A stretch of 64,000 bases of DNA from Squalus acanthias (Eukaryota). The stretch's first letter is position 1, and each line of letters opens with the position of its first letter. A model generated the notes under the pieces. The model did no database searches. It was not told the origin of the DNA and worked only from the letters and a program-made list of their open reading frames with translations. Location of the stretch: NCBI GenBank assembly GCA_030390025.1, contig CM059451.1, positions 1,612,001-1,676,000 on the forward strand. The letters are read 5' to 3'. Positions 26,117-38,890 of the stretch are shown here, in pieces. A program made the position numbers and the translations under genes.

Positions 26117-26775
26117 GGGCTGGATTTTGCCAGCCCTGGGGAGGCGGGCCTGTTAACAGGCAGATAAGAGGATTATCCCCATTTTGCCCACACAAGTGCG
26201 GGCTTCCCGAAGGCTCCGAAACCCGCCAGGGTCACCGAGGCGAGCAGTGGGTCTGCGGGGTACAAAAGTGCGCTGTGAAGGTAAGTGATGGGTGCAAGTG
26301 TGGAGAGGTGAGTATGTGAGGTGAGTGGAAAGTGTTAGAAAAAGTTTACTTACCTTTGTTTCTTCCTGCAGGCTTCAATCGGTGGGTATGCGGAGAGTCT
26401 CGGACCTCCGCGGTAGAGATGACAGATGGCTGCTGCATTCTCCGATGCAACAACCATCTCATTGCTGCTAAAGAAAGAGGTTTGATGAGGTCTTGAATTC
26501 AAGAACTCATCAAACTACAGAGAATGTCAGTGTTTGACAGCTTCACAGAGCTGTCAAACGATGACAATTCATCTGTCAAAATTTTTTGACAGATGAAACG
26601 TCATACGTTGACGTTCTCTGTAACCGGCTTTCCCTTAATTGGCCTGCTAAGCCTGCTGGGTGCGCTCAATCAAGGGAAAATAGCGTGGGTTGGCCAGAAG
26701 TTGATGGAGGCGGGACTGAAACCCGACAAGTGGGAGTCCCGCCTCCAAAAGCTCCCCATTGACAAAATCCAGCCC
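26117..26775. mobile_element. PIF/Harbinger-type non-autonomous DNA transposon
   Basis: TIR gggctggattttg / caaaatccagccc; flanks cac and cat. Confidence 0.75.
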
Positions 26776-29700
26776 CATGGCTTTATTAAAGAAAAAATAG
26801 CATTCGGGGGTTCCTCCAGTGACTATGGCTGTATAAGTGAGCATGTATAGACGTTGGGTGAGAGTGCAGTTGGGTTACTCTCCTTGGTTGAATAGCCCAC
26901 ACACTCATTGTCCCGGCTCACATACAAAGAATGAACACTTGGGTCAGATAGCAGAGGCCTTTCAGCACCCGTGGAACTGCACGCACCCCAGCACAAAGCA
27001 GCATTTTCAGAAGAGGTCGTGAGGTCTACATTCACCGGTGATAGAAACTGTAGGTTTCAGTCTCCTGTCACCGACACCTATTGACTGACCAGCAACACCC
27101 TTTATATATTTTTAATGAATCTGGCAGGCTGTCCAATCTGCACATCTCATGGATGTTTTCTAGGCACAGAAACTCTGGAACTCTTCCAAAAAGGGCAAGA
27201 AATCTTGAAGCTTGCTCTCAAATGGCAACAAATTAAATTACACATTCCACACATAACATGTACTGCATAAGGTACAAGGGAGTAAGCACCCTGATCTCAG
27301 GTGCTCAGATATGAACCGTGAACTGGTCACATCTGAACCCTTTGACTAGGTTTCCAACCGTGTAACTCACTTATTATTCAACATATAAAACACCCATCGG
27401 ACTTCACCTTGAAGAGGAGAAGGGCTGCATCTCAGACCACCACTTAGAATGACTGCAGGAGCAAGCCTCAGAACGTAAGCCAGCATGCTCCCAAGGGTTA
27501 ACAGCAACATCAAATAATGGAGGCAACTGGACCAATTCAGATTTGGAGAGTACTTTAGAGCATATTCCTAACTGAGCATCTAAACATTAAATACAGGGTC
27601 ACCACAGCGTTCAAAGGTAGTTTCAAACCATTTGTTTCTTGCAATGACATCGTCTTCAGTCAAGACAAGGTGGTACGTTTTTGCCCACTTACCACCTTTA
27701 CCTGGATACCGTGATAGTGCTGATTCAATTTTGTTGCCTTGGCCAGGAACGAGAACCAATTAGTTGCAGCAACACGGCCTAGGTGCAGTGAATTCTGCAT
27801 GCCTGGTTGGTGCGGGGAAGAAGAAGTCATTCGAGTGAACCAGCTTGAGGTGCATGTTTGCAGACGCAATGTAGAATAGCACAGGGGCTTGAAAGTGGCA
27901 AAGAAGCTCGTTGGCCATTTTCCCGACTTCTAGTGCAAGGAGGTGGGCTAGAGGCAGACCATGAAGTGAGGAGGGTGCAGAACGGAGCACAAATGCAAAT
28001 TTCAAACACAAAGAAAAGATACAGCGAAATTAGAAACGTTTACAAATTCTAACCAGAGAAGATCCAAAAATTGAAAATGGTCTTCTTCATATACAAAGCT
28101 TAGACCACGAAGAGAGTCGATTGGTACTTGTGTAACATTGATAAAGACAATCAACCACTTCACACAGGCAAATACTGGATATGATTGCACATCTTCACTG
28201 GCAATTTGAATGTGTCCCACTTCAGGCAAGCAGCTCAGTTCTTTTTCCACTCTTGACGTGGTTTGGCAGCTTCCTCAAAATGTTGACCTCACGCTTGGAT
28301 CTTTTACCAACCGTACCTTTGGCAACATTTTGCTTTCGCCGCAGTTACTCCAAACCAACACAGCAGTCTCTATTTTAAAAAAGCCGGGCATGTTTTGACG
28401 TGTATTTTGAGTAAGGATTGACCTCGGAGTTGCCCGACTGCTTTCTCACTCTCCAGTGGAAGAGAGCGACAGGGCTTATTTTGAGTGCTCAGTCACCAAT
28501 CCCAAAAGTCAAAAGCGTTGGGCAATCTGTGAAAATATAAAACTGGGCACAAGTCTTACTGACATGGTGGTATCAGAAGAGCTTTGGGATGCTACTGCAG
28601 ATTGATGAAGCAAGGATATTCTGGAGCTTTTGTCCTGACCTCCAGATGTTTCAACAGTAGATACAGAACTTCAGTACTACCAACTGTTTAATGATGGTGC
28701 AACAGTGGTGATTCCAGCTTAATTTAAGTGGCAAGGCACAGGGATGTGTGGAAGATGAATGCGATGGAAGATAACAATAGCATTTTGAAGCAATAAAGTT
28801 GCTTTTTGGTGTCTTCGTGATTCGATTAAGTGAATCATAGACATTTCAGGGATAATGCTTAACATAGAGAATGCAGGTGATTCTGCCCTCTGAGTGAATT
28901 GAAATCTCTTCAGGGCCGGCAGAATGTGGCTGGATTGTATTTAGAAATCTCAAATGAATGACTTTACCTCTGTCGAGGAACCCTATCGATTGGCTCTTTG
29001 ATCAAACAGTTGGTCTTACTGGGGTTAGGTATCCCACCGTAAGGGGACATTTATAGTGATTTGGCAGGACTGAGGAGTCATGACCTACATGCAAGCCAAT
29101 ATGAAAACTTGTACCCAGAAGGTATGATTGATACGAAGCCCATGACAGCACAATGCCTTTGACCTTCCGTGATTCCGAGTCTATTATTACGCTTGACTCG
29201 TGTCCTAGTGCACATTTTTGGTGGCCAAAAACACACAATTGATACAATCTGCCAATGCTCGCCAAACCTTAACCGACTTGTTCTGAGAATTAGTTCATGG
29301 ACTAAGAACTAATAATGGGGACCTGAGCCACGGTGTGTATGCTCCTGAACCTAAGTTCCTTTAAGCAAAAAAAAACAACAAAGCAGCTTTTTTTTATAGG
29401 TTGCTCTCATCCAGCTTGTCTTGGCTCCTATGCTTGTCCGCTGACGTGTGACCGTGGCCACCACTCTTGGTCGAGTTTCCATCTCTGGCGTTCTGTTTGG
29501 AGTAATGAAGCAGGACAGAGTTAGACAGAACCTTAGAGCAACAGCATCAGCATTTCCTTCTAAATAACTGCTGGTATCCCCTTTTAACTCTCCAGCTCCA
29601 CTGCTGCCTCTCGGCAGCAACCTATCTCTCTCAGCTGGACAACTTGGCGGTGTGCACTGCAGAACTCTCTCCAGGCATCATCGGCCGCTGTTCCACGATC

Positions 29701-30183
29701 GGCTGACGAGATAATGCACTTCTTTTTCTTACCCTTCCCCACAAATTTTCAGAGCCAATTTCCTTCCCTTCCCTCTTCTGCCTGAAGATGTTGACTTCTT
29801 GCTGGGGTATGGTTCCACTGGCACTGGGCACCCTCCATTACCTCACCCAAGTGACCATTATTCATGTGCGAGCAAAGCCAAGTGAGGGCTGGCTGGCTAT
29901 TTTCCCCTTGGGGGCACAGCAGCGCGCAGCCCGATCCTCTCTCATCCAATATCCACACAGGAACCCGGGATGATTTTTCCCCTCCCTAAACTGGAGCTCT
30001 GAATCCAACAGTAGAACTGCTAATGACGCTTTGGCTTAGGTCAGCTAACTCGGCATAGACCAGGGATCGAACCAGGGACCTACTTAGTGACAGTGCTACA
30101 GTTGTAGAGAGCTCTGGTTAGACCCCCTAAAAAGGAGCCCTTCAGAGGCTAGTGTGAGCGCTGCATTAGAACCTCGAGCTTAC

Positions 30184-30428
30184 CTTCCCCTGACTTTGTG
30201 GCTGATTAGATTCCAGGATGGCACTGCCAGTCCTGCGGGGGGGCAGAAACAGTGCTGGCAGTGACGTGTTGTAGGCCTTCATGGAGGGAAACTGGTTCCT
30301 GTCCATGGACGCAGAAGAGTGGGGCCTCATGCCAGCTGAGATGGACAGTGCTGTCCTGGCGTCACGCGGTCTGCCCAAGCTGTTGGATTTGTTTTCCCTC
30401 CGCTGATACTCAATAGGAGATTGAAGAG
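30184..30428 (-). CDS. ARHGEF25: ARHGEF25 post-PH exon (ALQSPIEY extension, Galpha-q-binding in p63RhoGEF)
   Basis: 245 nt, phase 1 to 0; ALQSPIEYQRRENKSNSLGRPRDARTALSISAGMRPHSSASMDRNQFPSMKAYNTSLPALFLPP...QGK; matches recalled ARHGEF25 LQSPIEYQRRESQTNSLGRPR; donor gtaagc. Confidence 0.88.
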
Positions 30429-33400
30429 CTGCAGAAATGGAATGAAAGGCTTGAAGGTTGATCTACATTGGTAAATAAAACACCCATCATGTTCAACAAC
30501 AACCTCCATTTATACAGCGCCTTTAACATAGTAAAACGTCCCAAGGCGCTTCACAGGAGTGATTATCAGACAAAGTTTGACACCGAGCCACATAAGGAGA
30601 TATTAGGGCAGAAGACCAAAAGCTTGGTCAAAGAGGTAGGTTTTAAGGAGCTTCTTAATGGAGGAGAGAGAGGCGGCGAGGTTTAGGGAGGGAATTCCAG
30701 AGCTTAGGGCCTTGGCAGCTGAAGGCACGGCCGCCAATGGTGGAGCGATTAAAATCGGGGATGCGCACGAGGCCACAATTGGAGCAGCGCCGAGATAGCG
30801 GAGGGTAACTTGTCGGGCTGGAGAAGGGTACAGAGATAGCGAAGGGCGAGGAGAAAGAAAGAAAAAGAGAGGGAAAGAAAGAGAGAGAGAAAGAAAGAAA
30901 AGCTTGCATTTCTATAGCGCCTTTCACGACCACCGGATGACCCCAAAGCGCTTTACAGCCAATGAAGTACTTTTTGAAGTGTAGTCACTATTGTAATGTA
31001 GGAAACGCGTCAGCCAATATGCGCACAGCAAGCTCCCACATAGAGCAATGTGATAATGACCAGATAATCTGTTTGATTGATGTTGATTGAGGGAGGGAGG
31101 GAGGGAGGGAGGGTTTTATTGATGTTGATTGAGGGAGGAAGGAAGGAAGTTCAAAATGATTATGCAGTATCCTAAAATGAAGTTGTTTCTTAACATGAAT
31201 CAGCTGTCCCACTGCATGATGCAGATGGTTCTGACATGGAACATTCATCGAGATGGGGAAAATGAGTAAGTTGAGCAATATGATTCCAGTGTATTATGTG
31301 AGGGGAGGTGGTTACAAGAAGGAGCAAATTCAGGTAAATCTGCATCTACCCAACAAACTTTTCCCCAACAATTTCTCTGGCAATTTTCATCGCCTCCCCT
31401 CCTCTCCAAATGGTGTTGACTCTTTGCTGGGTGCGGTTCCATGGATGCTGGTTGTCCTGCAATACCCTGAGCATTCTTCATGCACGAACCTTGCCAGTGT
31501 CATCAGGCAATTCCCCCATGGGAAACATCATAGCCAAGGCCAATCCTATCCTCACCAGATGTCCAAACACGTGCGCCTCTAGCAGTGGTGGCTGGGTAGC
31601 AATCACAGCTGAGAACCGTGGCCATTTTCCCCCCTCCTGAACCAAAAGTGTTGAGGCCAATTGTGGCGCTCCTACTGTGGCCCTAGCAAAGATGAGCTAC
31701 CTCAGCGCAGATTCAGAATGGAGCTTGGGAACGTCCTGGTCTGGAGGAATGAACTACTGCATAAACTCGTTGAACCACTGGGGGAGCCTATCAAACAGTT
31801 TCATTTAACAATGGGGGAATATTGCTTTTCAAGGGAGCAAACCTTTGCTCAACTCTACCTAACCACTTTAATGAGGAAGCCTCGCCGTTCAAGGAGATAA
31901 GGTCATGGAAACTAGTCAAAAGGCAGGCTGCAGGCCTACCTGTATGGCAATAATGTAATAAGAGCTAGCAGGAATTTAGAAAGGGAAGATCCTGTCTCAT
32001 AAACCTCCTTGATTTCTTCAAAGGCATTACAGATAAAAGGGATGGTGGAACTCCCTATAACATGGTTTATTTTGACTTTCAGAAAGCTTTTGAAAAAGTT
32101 CCCTATGAAAGACTTCCAAGAGTGGGACTAATTGGAGAGCTCTTTCAGAGAGCAGGCACTGGCACGATGGGCCGAATGACCTCCTTCTGTGCTGTATGAT
32201 TCTGATTAAAGTAAAAGGTACAGGAATTTAGAGTAGAACATGGGACTGGATAAGAGGTTGGTTTAACAAAAAGAGAGAAGGAGAGGGTACTCGTAAGAAG
32301 TGTCCGTTTGCGGGGAGGTGACCTTGGACCCTTGTAGAGACAGGAGATGCAGCAAGAAGTTTGCAGAGGGATTTAGATTGGTTTCTGGAACGTTGCTGAC
32401 AGAATGGCACTCACTACACTTCAAAATTAATTCACTGTATGAAGTGCCTTGAGCTGTTTCAACACGATAAGGTGCTGCATGACTGCAAATATATGACTTC
32501 AGCACACATTCATGTCTTTTCCATATCTTAACATTTATCAGGAAACAGGCTTTCCATTGAATGTCTTCATGAAAAAGTGATTGCCGAGGGAGAGGAGTCA
32601 GGTGAAACGTGCGCCATTTTCATTGCGATGATGTAAGGCTCAACTAATGCCACTGTGTTTTGTTCTGATTTACAACAACAATGTGCATTTATATAGCACC
32701 TTTAACATAGTAGAATGTCCTGAGGTGCTTCACAGGAGCGATTATCATAGAATAGTACAGCACAGAAGGAGGCCATTCGGCCCATCGAGTCTGTGCCGGC
32801 TCTTTCGAAGAGCAATCCAGTCAGTCCCACTCCCCCGCTCTTTCCCCATATCCCTGCAATTTTTACTCCTTCAAGTATTTATCCAATTCCCTTTTAAAGG
32901 CTACTATTGAATCTGTTTCCACCACCCTATCAGGCAGCACATTCCAAATCCTAACCACTCGATGTGTAAAAAAGTTTTTCCTCATGTCGCCTCTGGTTCA
33001 TTCGCCAATCACCTTAAATCTGTGCCCTCTGGTTATCACCCCTTTAGCCATTGGAAACAATTTCTCTTTATTTACTCCATCTCAACCCTTGAGACACAAT
33101 TTGACACCGAGCCACATAAGGAGATATTAGGACAGGTGACCAAAAGCTTGTTCAAAGAGGTAGGTTTTAAGGAGCGTCTTAAAGGAGGAGAGAGAGGTAG
33201 AGAGGTTTAGGGAGGGATTTCTAGAGCTTAGGGCCTAGTCGGTGAAGGCATGGCCACCATGTCACTTCATGTGATCGTAAACAAATAATAAAAGGTTTTA
33301 ACCAAACATTGGTAATGTCTTATTTCACCCTACTACTCTCCCAAAGTCGCTGACTTCTCTCTGTTCTAATCTCTATCCTTATCTTGTTCCCATTCTCTAC

Positions 33401-34448
33401 CCGATCCCCTCATTCTCTATTGTTCTCTGATTCAGGTTTAAGTTTGACCGAATCCATGGCTATATCGATTGGCTGGGCGTCACTGTGAGGGGCGTCACCT
33501 GCTCCCAGCTGGTCTATCTCTTTACATTCTTCCTCCTTATCCTTATCGCGATCTCCCTCCCTCTTCGGCTCGCACCTTACAGCTGTGTCATATTGGATGC
33601 CGATCTTTGCCCTTCTCCTTCTCTTAGGGTACAGTTTCACAGGAGCCAGGCACTCACTGGTATCTCGAGCCTATCCACTGAGGGGGTAACACTTCCATGC
33701 TCAGCACTCCCGGTGTGTGAAGACAACAACAGACGTAAGTGTCGGCCTCTTGGAGACGACACACATCCTCTGCCCTCACCCAACTTCAGACCTGAGACTC
33801 TCGCTGCTTTTCCCTTTTTTCTGATGTAAGGACAATGAAGACAATTTGTAGTACTCCTATCATCACTCTACCGAGTCCCAATGTGCTTCACAGCCAATGA
33901 AGTACTTTTGAAGTGTAGTCACTGTTGTAATGTGGGAAACGCGGCAGCCAATTTGTGCACAGCAAGCTCCCACAAACAGCAATGTGAAAATGACCAGATC
34001 ATCTGCTTCAGTGATGTTGATTGAGGGATAAATATTGGCCAGGACACCGGGGAGAACTCCCCTGCTCTTCTTTGAATAGTGCCATGGGATCTTTTATGTC
34101 CACCTGAGAGGGCAGACAGGGCCTTGGCTTAATGTCTCATCTAAAAGATGGTCAGTAGGAGGACCGAGAACCGGCCATGGTGGAGTCCCCTTGTGATCTC
34201 TCCACGGTGGCAACAGAAATCGGGTAAGTGCCCACGTTTGGAGCTGTAGGTGAGAGCCCAGGTCAACAGCACAGACACTCAAAAAACGTTGCACTCCTTG
34301 GAACTGTTTCATTTCAACAAAGGATATTCGTGCTAAGATGCTTCTTTTTAATTATGAGAAGTCGCACAACACCAGGTTATAGTCCAACAGCTTTATTTGA
34401 AATCACAAGCTCTCGGAGCGCTGCTCCTTCGTCAGGTGAAGTGGTCGT

Positions 34449-34744
34449 CAGTCGGTGTGTGCGTGCTGACGTCGGTCCCCTCAGTCGGTGTGTGCGTGCT
34501 GACGTCGGTCCCCTCAGTCGGTGTGTGCGTGCTGACGTCGGTCCCCTCAGTCGGTGTGTGCGTGCTGACGTCGGTCCCCTCAGTCGGTGTGTGCGTGCTG
34601 ACGTCGGTCCCCTCAGTCGGTGTGTGCGTGCTGACGTCGGTCCCCTCAGTCGGTGTGTGCGTGCTGACGTCGGTCCCCTCAGTCGGTGTGTGCGTGCTGA
34701 CGTCGGTCCCCTCAGTCGGTGTGTACGTGCTGACGTTGGCCCCT
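34449..34744. repeat. 33-bp tandem repeat, 9 copies
   Basis: Unit cagtcggtgtgtgcgtgctgacgtcggtcccct; 8 identical copies plus one variant; no spacers. Confidence 0.97.
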
Positions 34745-34749
34745 CAGAC

Positions 34750-34789
34750 TTCACCTGAGGAAGGGGCAGCAGCTCCGAAAGCTTGTGAT
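34750..34789 (+). ncRNA. Minimal type I hammerhead ribozyme motif (Penelope-associated)
   Basis: ucac-CUGAGGA-a-ggggc(agca)gcucc-GAAA-gc-UU-guga; stem I ucac/guga, palindromic AAGCUU in place of stem III. Confidence 0.65.
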
Positions 34790-34912
34790 TTCAAATAAAG
34801 CTGTTGGACTATAACCTGGTGTTGTGCGACTTCTCACATTTGTCCACCCCAGTCCAACACCGGCATCTCCACATCTTTTTAATTAAGCAGCAACTGTTTG
34901 TATTTCACGCAC

Positions 34913-35093
34913 CGTTCAAAAAGTTACGCTGCGTTTCCAGGATCTGGCTAACATTCGAAACCCAGGCCTGCCGGATTTCAGGATTGGTGGCTTGTAGGAC
35001 GTATCGCACCACATTCCCGTCTGTCCCACGTGAGGTCAAGGCAAATTTACAAGGGTCGTTGTCCACAGACTCTTCAAGGCCTAGGCAGCTAAC
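34913..35093 (-). CDS. ARHGEF25: ARHGEF25 PH-domain exon
   Basis: 181 nt, VSCLGLEESVDNDPCKFALTSRGTDGNVVRYVLQATNPEIRQAWVSNVSQILETQRNFLN(A); VSCLGLE and RYVLQA favour ARHGEF25 over TRIO/KALRN as recalled. Confidence 0.9.
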
Positions 35094-36489
35094 CTGAATT
35101 TAAAAAAGAGAGAGAAATATTCAATAAAGATCATTGCACAATTAGCACTTCTTTTAGTACACTGCTCTTGACCCTCCAAGACCTGGGGCTCTCTAATTAA
35201 TCCCACTCTCCATCTTTTTCCCTCTCGCCCTGCATTGTCTCCCCTGTAAGTATTTATCCAATTCCCTTTTGAAAGTTACTGTTGAATCTGCTGCCACCAG
35301 CCTTTCAGGCAGCGCGTTCCAGATCACAACAACTTGCTGCGTAAACAAATTCTCCTCATCTCCCCTCTGGTTCTTTTGCCAATCACCTTCAATCTGTGTC
35401 CTCTGGTTACTGACCCTCCTGCCACTGGAAACAGTTTCTCTTTATTTACTCTATCTAAACCCTTCATGATTTTGAACACCTCGATCAAATCTCCTCTTAA
35501 CCTTCTCTGCTCTAAGGAGAACAACCCCAGCTTAGCTAGTCTTTTTTTAAAATTTGTTCATGGGATGTGGGCGTCGCTGGCAAGGCCAGCATTTATTGCC
35601 CATCCCTAGTTGCCCTTGAGAAGGTGGTGGTGAGCCGTCTCTCCACGTAACTGAAGTCCCTCATCCCTGGTAAATCTCCTCTGCACCCTCTCCAAGGCCT
35701 TGACATCTTTCCTAAAGTGTGGTGCCCAGAATTGGACACCATACTCCAGCTGGGGCCAAACTAGTGTTTTATAAAGGTTGAGCATAACTTCCTGGCTTTT
35801 GTCCTCTCTGCCTCTATTAATAAAGCCAAGGATCCCATTTGCTTTTTAACAGCCTTCTCAACTTGTCCTGCCACCTTCAAAGATTTGTGTACATACACCC
35901 CCAGGTCTCTCTGTCCCTGCACCCCCTTTAAAATTGTACCATTTCGTTTATATTGCTTCTGCTCATTCTTCCTCCCAAATCAGGAGAAACCTTTTCAGAC
36001 AGAGGGTTGTGAGGCTGTGGAATTCACTACCAGAGTTAGTGATTGAAGCAGAGGCCGTGTCAACATTTAAGAATAGGTTTGAGAGGAGGTTGAAGGAAAG
36101 GAAGATAAAGGGATATGGGAACAGGGCGGGCACATGGGATTCAGAGTCATTCTCACTTGGAGGAGAAACACCAACACGGATTGGTTGGGCCGCTGATTTA
36201 TCTCTGGCGGCCGAACCGGTATAATTTGGATTAATCTACTCAGTTGATCTAACAAGGGCCCCAATCCCCAAGGGCCCCTTTGAATCATGATAGAATATCC
36301 TGAGCTGTTCCCATAATTGTGCTGTCTCCTGCCCTCCCCTGCAAGTTGAGGTACAATCTGCTTTTGGCACAGCTTGTCGAGGGTAGGTTTCCCAGTTTGC
36401 ACTACCAGAGTTGAATCTCGCCAGCTCGCCGTGCTTTATGGGTAATGGTGGGTGGCACGCCCTCGATTACCCTATACGCACGGTCACTG

Positions 36490-37278
36490 GACAGGTAACA
36501 TTCGCGCCACAGAAGTGCCAGGCAATGACTATCTCCAACAAGCGAGAGTCTAACCACTTCCCCTTGACATTCAACGGCATTACCATCGCCGAATCCCCCA
36601 CCATCAACATCCTGGGGGTCACCATTGACCAGAAACTTAACTGGACCAGCCACATAAATACTGTGGCAACAAGAGCAGGTCAGAGGCTAGGTATTCTGCG
36701 TCGAGTGTCTCACCTCCTGCCTCCCCAAAGCCTTTCCACCATCTACAAGGCACAAGTAAGGAGTGTGATGGAATACTCTCCACTTGCCTGGATGAGTGCA
36801 GCTGCAACAACACTCAAGAAGCTCGACACCATCCAGGACAAAGCAGCCCGTTTGATTGGCACCCCATCCACCACCTTAAACATCCACTCCCTCCACCACC
36901 GGCGTACCGTAGCTGTAGTGTGTACCATCTACAAGATGCACTGCAGCAACTTGCCAAGACTTCTTCGGCAGCACCTCCCAAACCCGCGACCTCTTCCACC
37001 TAGAAGGACAAGGGCAGCAGGCGCATGGGAACACCACCACCTCCAGGTTCCGCTCCAAGTCACACACCATCCTGACTTAGAAGTATATCCTTCATTGTCA
37101 CTGGGTCAAAATCCTGGAACTCCCTCCCTAACAGCACTGTGGGAGCACCTTCACCACATGGACTGCAGCGGTTCAAGAAGGCGGCTCACCACCACCTTTT
37201 CAAGGGCAACTAGGGATGGGCAATAAATGCTGGCCTTGCCAGCGACGCCCACATCCCATAAGCGAATAAAAAAAAAGA
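36490..37278 (+). mobile_element. 3' fragment of the same LINE family
   Basis: QVTFAPQKCQAM...YKAQVRSVMEYSPLAW; further fragments at about 1270-1683, 3810-3985, 24540-25120, 35545-35640(-), 40995-41223. Confidence 0.9.
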
Positions 37279-38576
37279 TACCCCACTGCTAGCGCAATGT
37301 TGCAAAATCAGCCGTTGCATTTAGACTAGCTGGATGGCAATTGGCCTTCTCAGCGTGGGTATACTATGAAATTGGGTTTGAAATATCTAAACTGCCCTTA
37401 TCGGGAAGTATCAGCTAGGGAGCTGTAAGCTTGTGTACACTACGTGAAGTAATCAGATTCCAGTTTAGAATAATGGAGCATTCAGGATTGCCAAGTGTAA
37501 TTTTAACTCGTTTGGAGCAAGTTCAATTGAGCTTCCTTGCAGCTGGTTCCATTGTTTTCAAATCCCTCCATTGCCTCGGCTCTCCCTATCTCTGTAATCT
37601 CCTCCAGCCCCACAACTCTCCGAGATCTCTGCGCTCCTCCAATTCCGGCCTCTCGAGCATCCCCAATTTTAATCGCTCCACCATTGGTGGCCGTGCCTTC
37701 AGCTGCCTGGGCCCCCGAGCTCTGGAACTCCCTCCCTAAACTTCTCCGCCTCTCATTCCTCCTTTAAGATGCTCCGTAAAACCTACCTCTTCTACCCTAA
37801 TATCTCCTTATGTGGCTCAGTGTCAAATTTTATTTGATAACGCTCCTGTGAAGCGCCTTGGGACGTTTTACTATGTTAAAGGTGCTATATATGAATACAA
37901 GTTGTTGTTGTAAAGATAAGTGAATTAAGGTTTCCACAACAATGGAACAAGATTTCAGATCCAGTTATCACTGGCATTTGAATCAGGACACCATAGTCGC
38001 AGCGTGGAATTTTCTTTTACCATCATTGAGAAACCCATTGCAAGTCCCATAGTGCAGGACACCACCAGGAGTTGGAGAGAAGATGAGGTAAATTAAGAAA
38101 GTATTACAGAAAACTCTTTCGTATCCGGCACCGACGGGACCAGGATGGTGCCGGTTGATTAAAAATTCCGGATAACGGAGAGGTATATCTACCGAGGCTA
38201 TTTTTAACAAGCAAAAATAAAAAAATCAAGAAATGTGCAGTATAATTGGGTGCTCCCCTACAGAATGTTGTGTTAAATGGATGGCGGGAGAGATTTCCGA
38301 CAGCGCCAAGAAGCCGAGTAGTGGCAGTTTGGAGAACTACCCCCACTGACTAACTCGGACTCGGCAACATTTCCGGTTATTGAGCTGTTGTTTTCGGAGT
38401 ATGAAATTTGTCGGTTATTAGAGAATTCCGGATATTTAGGTGCCGTTTAAACAAGAGTTTCCTGTAGTTAGGAGACGCCAAACTTGGGGTTTAAAGCCTG
38501 TAGTGTGTAGGAGGAGGGGAAGATTGAGGGAGGTGAGGAGTTCCACAGGTTTGAGGTCCTGGGAAAGGATGAGTTG

Positions 38577-38890
38577 GCAACACGGTGGCATAGTGGTTAG
38601 CACTGTTGCCTCACAGCGCCAGGGACCCGGGTTCGAATCCGGCCTCGGGTGACTGTCTGTGTGGAGTTTGCACATTCTCCCCGTGTCTGCGTGGGTTTCC
38701 TCCGGGTGCTCCGGTTTCCTCCCACAGTCCAAAGATGTGCAGGTTAGGTTGATTTGGCTATGATAAATTGACCCTTAGTGTTAGGGGGATTAAATACGTG
38801 GGGTTGCGGGGATAGGGTGGGATATGTGTCGGTGCAGGCTCGATGGGCCGAAATGGCCTCTATCTGCACTGTGGGGATTCTGTGATTCTG
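38577..38890 (+). mobile_element. HE1-type V-SINE
   Basis: tRNA head (tggcatagtggttagc...ggttcgaatcc), V-domain gtggagtttgcacattctccccgtgtctgcgtgggtttcctccggg, CR1-like tail. Confidence 0.88.

Larger units (their letters stand above)
34355..34873 (+). mobile_element. Non-autonomous Penelope-like element: inverted pseudo-LTRs enclosing a minisatellite
   Basis: Inverted arms 34355-34442 and 34748-34836, 37-bp 3' extension, 12-bp TSD tctttttaatta (34343-34354, 34874-34885); arms match the terminus at 40057-40185. Confidence 0.8.

Noticed and set aside
29631-29958. ORFs as the terminal ARHGEF25 exon
   Set aside because: Largely overlap an LmeSINE1c-like repeat, with no convincing acceptor or homology
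31075-31150. Duplicated attgatgttgattgaggga with (GGGA)n and (GGAA)n
   Set aside because: Ordinary slippage at a SINE edge; likewise the scattered poly-G/poly-C runs
34449-34744. CRISPR-like array or repetitive protein ORFs (34228..34758, 34377..34754, 34397..34798)
   Set aside because: Units are head-to-tail with no spacers, there are no cas genes and the context is vertebrate; the ORFs exist only because the 33-bp unit is a stop-free multiple of three
38577-38650. tRNA gene (also heads near 22000 and 48272)
   Set aside because: The A/B boxes run straight into SINE bodies, and no complete cloverleaf or terminator is seen
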